Assembly (NCBI GenBank): GCA_011605725.1
Contig: JAAOZP010000004.1
Coordinates: 128,001-192,000, forward strand
DNA from: Nitrososphaerota archaeon
GTDB lineage: Archaea; Thermoproteota; EX4484-205; JAAOZP01
DNA: 64,000 nucleotides
Reading direction: 5' to 3'
The notes below the pieces were generated by a model. The model saw only the letters and a list, made by a program, of their open reading frames with translations. It searched no databases and had not been told where the DNA came from. Below are positions 59,529 to 64,000 of this stretch, piece after piece. Numbering within the stretch: the stretch's first letter is position 1; each line of letters opens with the position of its first letter. The translations under genes and the position numbers were made by a program.

Positions 59529-59586
59529 ACAAAGAATCATTGAGAAAGCACTAGGCTAAGTCAGAACTGATCCGGAGCGCGCGCTA
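59517..59586. repeat. two GC junction motifs (59517 AGCGCACGCTA, 59576 AGCGCGCGCTA)
   Basis: End of 59118-59528 and left edge of the vapBC module; both are followed by AAC. Confidence 0.8.
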
Positions 59587-59702
59587 AACTAGTTGCATGG
59601 ATTCTTGAGCATGTCGGCAGATCTGAGTTTCGAAGTTTTAAAGCATCAAGTTTAGTTAAAGCGAATTCGAGTATTTTTAAAAAAGTAGAATCGATTTTTA
59701 CA

Positions 59703-59745
59703 TTTTCTTAAGAGAAAAGTTTTTATAGTCTTTATAGTCTTTATA
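59703..59745 (+). promoter_or_regulatory. putative vapBC promoter/operator
   Basis: Inverted TTTTCT..AGAAAA followed by TTTATAGTC x2 and TTTATA, directly before the TTG start. Confidence 0.4.
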
Positions 59746-60003
59746 TTGATTGTGAGTACTATATCCGTTACTGAGGATGTTAAAGAAGCCCTTCTAAAGA
59801 TAGCTGCGGAACTACAAATAAAGCTAGGTAGGAGAGTCGATCTGAATGATGCGATAAGATACTTGCTTAGAACTCGTGTTAAACATCCAGTTCTTCTAGA
59901 TAACGCTTGTCGGCCTATTCCAGGCTTCGAGGATGCTTATAAGGAATTGAGAAAGGAAAGGATGAGAGATGAAGAGAGAACTCGAAGGAAGCTTGGTCTT
60001 TGA
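59746..60003 (+). CDS. VapB-type (RHH-like) antitoxin
   Basis: TISV.EDVKE.L...DAIRYLL; overlaps the downstream PIN gene. Confidence 0.78.
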   Translation: MIVSTISVTEDVKEALLKIAAELQIKLGRRVDLNDAIRYLLRTRVKHPVLLDNACRPIPGFEDAYKELRKERMRDEERTRRKLGL

Positions 60004-60406
60004 CTCCAGTTCTATTCTCGAGCTATTATACTCTACAAGTAATGGAGTTAAACTGAAAGAAGCACTCAAGGCTGAGAAGGTTGAAGGAAATATTTCTGAA
60101 ATAACTGTCGCAGAAATTAGCTACATTCTTTGCAGAAAACTTGGTATTGAGGAAGCTCGAACCAGGGTTAAAAATTTATTGGACTCAGGTTACATCACGG
60201 TTCATGAAACTTTCAAGCTTATCGAATATGCTTCAAATTATAAATGTAAGAGGAATCTTTCATTAGCAGACTGTTTTTCATTAGCATTGGCTAAAAAACT
60301 GACCGTACCCGTCTTGTTTGCTAGAAGGGAGAAAGAGCTTCTGGAAGAGATATCCAGTGGGCCTTTCGATGTCGAAATACTGTTCCTAGAAGATTTTACA
60401 AAATAA
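59969..60406 (+). CDS. VapC PIN-domain toxin
   Basis: VFDSS, AE and SLADC motifs. Confidence 0.88.
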   Translation: MKRELEGSLVFDSSSILELLYSTSNGVKLKEALKAEKVEGNISEITVAEISYILCRKLGIEEARTRVKNLLDSGYITVHETFKLIEYASNYKCKRNLSLADCFSLALAKKLTVPVLFARREKELLEEISSGPFDVEILFLEDFTK

Positions 60407-60476
60407 TGATTAAAGCAATTATATGCTAAACCCATCGTTCTAAGTAAACTTTATCATGATTTTTATCGCGTGCTGT

Positions 60477-60866
60477 TTATTCCTCAATTATCTTGAGACA
60501 ACCTTCGCCAACCGCGAACACTTTGCTTTTAAAAAATCTTTCACTTTCTCTAGAGGCAAAGCAGTTGCTTTCACAAGTCTTAGGTTTAGGAGGATGAATC
60601 GAGAAAACAACAATACCATAGTATTATTCGGCGGAAACATGTCAGAATTCAGGAAATCCGTGTCTCTTGTGAGCAACACATGTTTCTCCCTTCTTGCTAG
60701 CGGCGCAACTTCGCTATTCACTATTCCTTTCGGAACATATTCTGCCAGAAATCCTTTTGAGTTTAAAAACTCTCAAACTTGATGTTTTCATCGAGCAGAA
60801 ACCTGGAGCTCAACGTAACGTTCCCCCCTAGCATGCTTAGCAGCATACCTCAAAGCTTCATTGATC
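60477..60866 (-). pseudogene. degraded DUF433 (3' tail) plus DUF5615 PIN-like toxin-antitoxin pair
   Basis: LINEALRYAA tail (60788-60866), then RFLLDENI...LLTRDTDF...GIVVFSIHPP with frameshifts; truncated at the GC motif at 60867. Confidence 0.7.
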
Positions 60867-60876
60867 AGCGCGCGCG
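60867..60876. repeat. GC junction motif AGCGCGCGCG
   Basis: Truncation point of the DUF433 gene. Confidence 0.8.
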
Positions 60877-60967
60877 ATCATTCCACGTGCACTATTTTTA
60901 AGCACCCATATTAGTATTTTGGAAATACAAAAACTTTTTTATTCAAGCGTGAATAATCACATGCATA

Positions 60968-62662
60968 TTGCAGCGTTGCCACGTATGCGGAAGAACGAAT
61001 GAAACATGTAAGCCCTGTCCCTACTGCAACTGGTGGTTCTGCGAACAGCACCTGGATCCGGAGCAGCATGACTGCACGGGTTTAAAAGCCTTGAGAAAAA
61101 CGGATTACAGCAAGGTTAAACTAGAGGAGACAGTCAAGAAGTCTACAATACAGCGTTGGAGAGAAAAGGCGCCGAGCCTTTTCCTAGAGCTCGGGATTCT
61201 TCTCCTAGCATTGGCTGTGATTTTTGGAGCCAGAACATCACCCTACATGAAGGTTCAGGCTGGAGAAGAACTCTGTCATAAGACTTTAGCGCTTGAACCT
61301 TTCAGCATCAAATGGTTTGAAATAGAAGTCATCCCTAGTCTTTCCACTAGGATGGAGAATCTGAGCCTCAGGATTGCGGCTTCTGAACAATTCTCCAGGA
61401 AGTTCAGCCTAGAGGTTTACGTGCTCACGCATGCTGATGAAAGAAGGAGTTTTCTAGAATGGTGGTTTAAGATCAAGGAGCAAGGTTACTACGAGGAGCC
61501 GAATTTCACGAAACCACTGTACGAAGCGGAAGACGTTTCTAGAGTAGCAGCCACTGTTCCGGTTAATAAATCCGGTCTCTTCGGGCTATACTACGTCTTC
61601 TTCAACTGGAATCTTTTCAAGAATGTGAGTGTCACCGTCTCATCCTCGTTAGTATGGCTTAAGCCAGGGTATGTTAATCTGAGCTACAGCCTTGACTCAC
61701 CTGGCTTGTACGCTGGGTTTCCTCTTTTAATACTCGACGCATGCCTCCTCATTAGGCGGGGACTAGGAGGACGGTTCCCCAAGTTTTCTCGACGCTGGAC
61801 AATGCTTTCCGACGCATTAATCTTCGCAGCAATACTGCTCCTGCCCTTCGTACTATACTTCTCCACGGAAGGGGATTTGAATAATGCGATAGTGTTCTTA
61901 TTCAACTCTTATAACCCTATAGATGCTTTGAGCCCAGAGTCCCTAGCAATATACGCAATAGCACTGCAATCGATACTGCTCCACGAGTACGGGCATTTTG
62001 CAGCAGCTAGAGCAGCAGGTTTAAAGGCGGAGATAAGAGCATCGGAGGAGCCTAATGCTCTCGCAGTCACCAGGGTTTCAACCGAGAAGCCTATGACGAT
62101 GCAGGATGTCTTCAGAATAAGGAGGATGGGGCCCTTATCCAACCTGCTTCTCATAATCGTCAACATACCCCTGTTCCTTCTGTACTGGAGGCAGATGTTC
62201 GGCTTCGCAGCATTTTGGAACCTCATCGTGCTAAGCTGGAACGCAAAGGAGCTTAGCGCACCACCCGGGTACAGGAGGAAGCTTGTGAAGGATGCAAGAA
62301 TACTGCCCGAGATCGCTGAGAAATACGTTAAGAGGGTAGAAGACAAGCTTGGTGTGAAGCTGGACTACAGCTTGGAATCCCTTAAAAACCTGGGAAACGT
62401 GACCAGCAGGCTTTTAGAAGACATTAAGGGCTCAAGAGATTCTGTGAACATCGCGCTAGCGCTCTATGCATTAAGCACAGCAAGCTACATCGGAGAAGTC
62501 ATCGTCAGAAACAAAAATGGGAAATGGGTTGAAGCGGATAACCGTCTCGGCTGGGCTGTGAGGTTTGACAGCAAAGAAGTCGACGTCCTCCAAATGGTTA
62601 TTGAAGGCTTCCTGACGCCAGAAAGGCTTAACGAACTACTTGAAAAGCTAAAAAGCATGTGA
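60968..62662 (+). CDS. AN1 zinc finger / membrane / M50-like HExxH multidomain protein
   Basis: CHVC..CPYC..FCEQH..PEQHDC; LLHEYGH; MGPLSN; C-terminal LDYSLESL...YIGE...W domain. Confidence 0.8.
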   Translation: MQRCHVCGRTNETCKPCPYCNWWFCEQHLDPEQHDCTGLKALRKTDYSKVKLEETVKKSTIQRWREKAPSLFLELGILLLALAVIFGARTSPYMKVQAGEELCHKTLALEPFSIKWFEIEVIPSLSTRMENLSLRIAASEQFSRKFSLEVYVLTHADERRSFLEWWFKIKEQGYYEEPNFTKPLYEAEDVSRVAATVPVNKSGLFGLYYVFFNWNLFKNVSVTVSSSLVWLKPGYVNLSYSLDSPGLYAGFPLLILDACLLIRRGLGGRFPKFSRRWTMLSDALIFAAILLLPFVLYFSTEGDLNNAIVFLFNSYNPIDALSPESLAIYAIALQSILLHEYGHFAAARAAGLKAEIRASEEPNALAVTRVSTEKPMTMQDVFRIRRMGPLSNLLLIIVNIPLFLLYWRQMFGFAAFWNLIVLSWNAKELSAPPGYRRKLVKDARILPEIAEKYVKRVEDKLGVKLDYSLESLKNLGNVTSRLLEDIKGSRDSVNIALALYALSTASYIGEVIVRNKNGKWVEADNRLGWAVRFDSKEVDVLQMVIEGFLTPERLNELLEKLKSM

Positions 62663-62837
62663 AAATGGTAAAGCAGGAACTCTAGTTCAGTATCCTTCAG
62701 ATACTATGATTTCGACGGTAACAGGCCTTCACTTGTCTTTCCACCCTAGTGGTGTGAGCCATTGCGGACAATCAATCCTAAGACATCTTTTGACATCCGT
62801 ATGGACGAGCTCATAAAGACGTTACTCCCTTGATGGT

Positions 62838-63008
62838 GCGCGCTATTCCGTTTTTGCGATGTCTCCATGCTTTAAATAAACATGAGAATCCACAATCATA
62901 TTTTCTCAATAAGAATGCTATGTAAGAAAAATATTTAACCTTTTCTTAGACACGAAGCAATATGCGATTCTTAACCAGCTAAAGTAAATTAGTAGCCTTG
63001 GCGCGCTA
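62838..63008. repeat. two GC junction motifs GCGCGCTA (62838-62845, 63001-63008)
   Basis: Bracket an AT-rich spacer before the GH2 gene end. Confidence 0.75.
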
Positions 63009-63134
63009 CAAGTATGGCAAACAGCATTATAAGTTATATGCAAGAAAAGAACATAGATCCGTAAAGAGGTGAAAATTCTAGAGTTACGCTTAGCTAACGA
63101 AATTGTAGAAAAACAAACACAGAATAAATTTTAT

Positions 63135-64000
63135 TCAGTAAGAAAGTTGTAGTGCTTTCATCCACTCTATGTATTTAGTTAGGTTAAACGGCGGGCTTCC
63201 AAGTAAGTAGTGATTCAAAAATTTTTTACCGTCTGTTTCCCATTCTATGACAAGCATTTTGTTCTCCTCTACTTACTCTAATTTTTCCTAGAGTAGCCTT
63301 GCTATAGGGACTAATTGAAAAATCGCCTGAGCTTAACTCTTCTTTTGTATCAGCATCAAAAACTCTGTGACTTCCTGTCTTTTCCAAAAAGGTATCGTTT
63401 ACCCCAACTACTTTTATATGCCACTCCTCAGGTTCGCTTACCATTATACAGAAAGGTTCTTGAACTCTCTTTACGTAATAATAAGCAAGCTTTTTTTGAA
63501 GTAGTAGTCGACAATAGCATCTGAAATTTGGGGCCAACAATCTATAACATTCCACCATATGATGCCCCAGATTTTGTTAGATAGTCGAGCTCTTTCTACG
63601 AAGAACTTTAATGCTTCGGCTTGAGTAATTTGACTTGCAAGTATAAAGTCGTTAAGGTTTTCGGGAATGAAACCGAAAAGTTCTTTCACCTGGTTAGCCA
63701 TAAGCTCAATTCTGTTGTACTCTCTTTTTCTTGTTTTCCAGTGATCTACTGCATGAGCTCTCCAGTATTCGTTATTCCAAGGCCATAAGTAACCTTCAGG
63801 AATGAACTTCTTTAGACTTTCTAGCCTTGGACAACCATGATAGCCTATCTCACTAATGAAGGAAGCTTTACTTTCTGTATAGAACCGGCTCTTGCAGTAA
63901 TCTCTAGGTCCCCACAAGTGCATTTCTGGTGGAGAAAACCTTTCACTTTGACCAACAACTTTATCAGAAAGATATGGCGAAGAAGGAACGTATGGCCTAT
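63135..64000 (-). pseudogene. GH2 beta-mannosidase-like gene with two frameshifts (partial, runs off the window)
   Basis: FISEIG, SQITQAEAL and IWWNVIDCWPQISDAIVDYY; frameshifts in A-runs near 63495 and 63258; native stop at 63135. Confidence 0.75.

Noticed and set aside
490-62346. Numerous 60-190 aa ORFs antisense to or nested within confident genes
   Set aside because: These are shadow ORFs with no recognisable motifs.
63471-63558. Programmed -1 frameshift like Sulfolobus fucA1
   Set aside because: The slippery heptamer is not in canonical register and a second frameshift lies downstream, so decay or sequencing error is simpler.
1-64000. CRISPR array, integron attC array or IS element as the explanation for the repeats
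   Set aside because: I saw no regularly spaced 24-40 bp repeats, no attC-like hairpins with R boxes, and no transposase, integrase or cas ORF.

Overview
This is a gene-dense archaeal window, probably from a TACK/Thermoproteota lineage; a thermophilic, sugar-fermenting Brockarchaeota-like organism is an inference from gene content. Bases 1-23.4 kb are mostly housekeeping: 2-oxoacid elongation enzymes, TrpB2, PhoU, rpl35ae, a two-intron tRNA-Cys and an unusual double-AAA/Lon-protease fusion. Bases 24-30 kb carry an hdrCBA-flxDCBA-like electron-bifurcation cluster. Bases 30-64 kb are an accessory patchwork of carbohydrate and amino-sugar catabolic genes, toxin-antitoxin modules and many truncated gene fragments. 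The strongest unexplained signal is a short palindromic GC-dinucleotide motif (consensus TAGCGCGCGC / GCGCGCGCTA, 2-6 GC units, with decayed variants). I counted more than 25 copies by eye. They lie almost only between genes, and repeatedly at the exact base where unrelated genes are truncated or joined, or at the edges of single-gene modules. This points to an undescribed sequence-marked recombination or DNA-acquisition process, but no candidate recombinase is visible in the window. An unassigned rod-shaped structured RNA candidate of about 170 nt lies at 23.5 kb. All product calls come from motif recognition by eye, with no database search.
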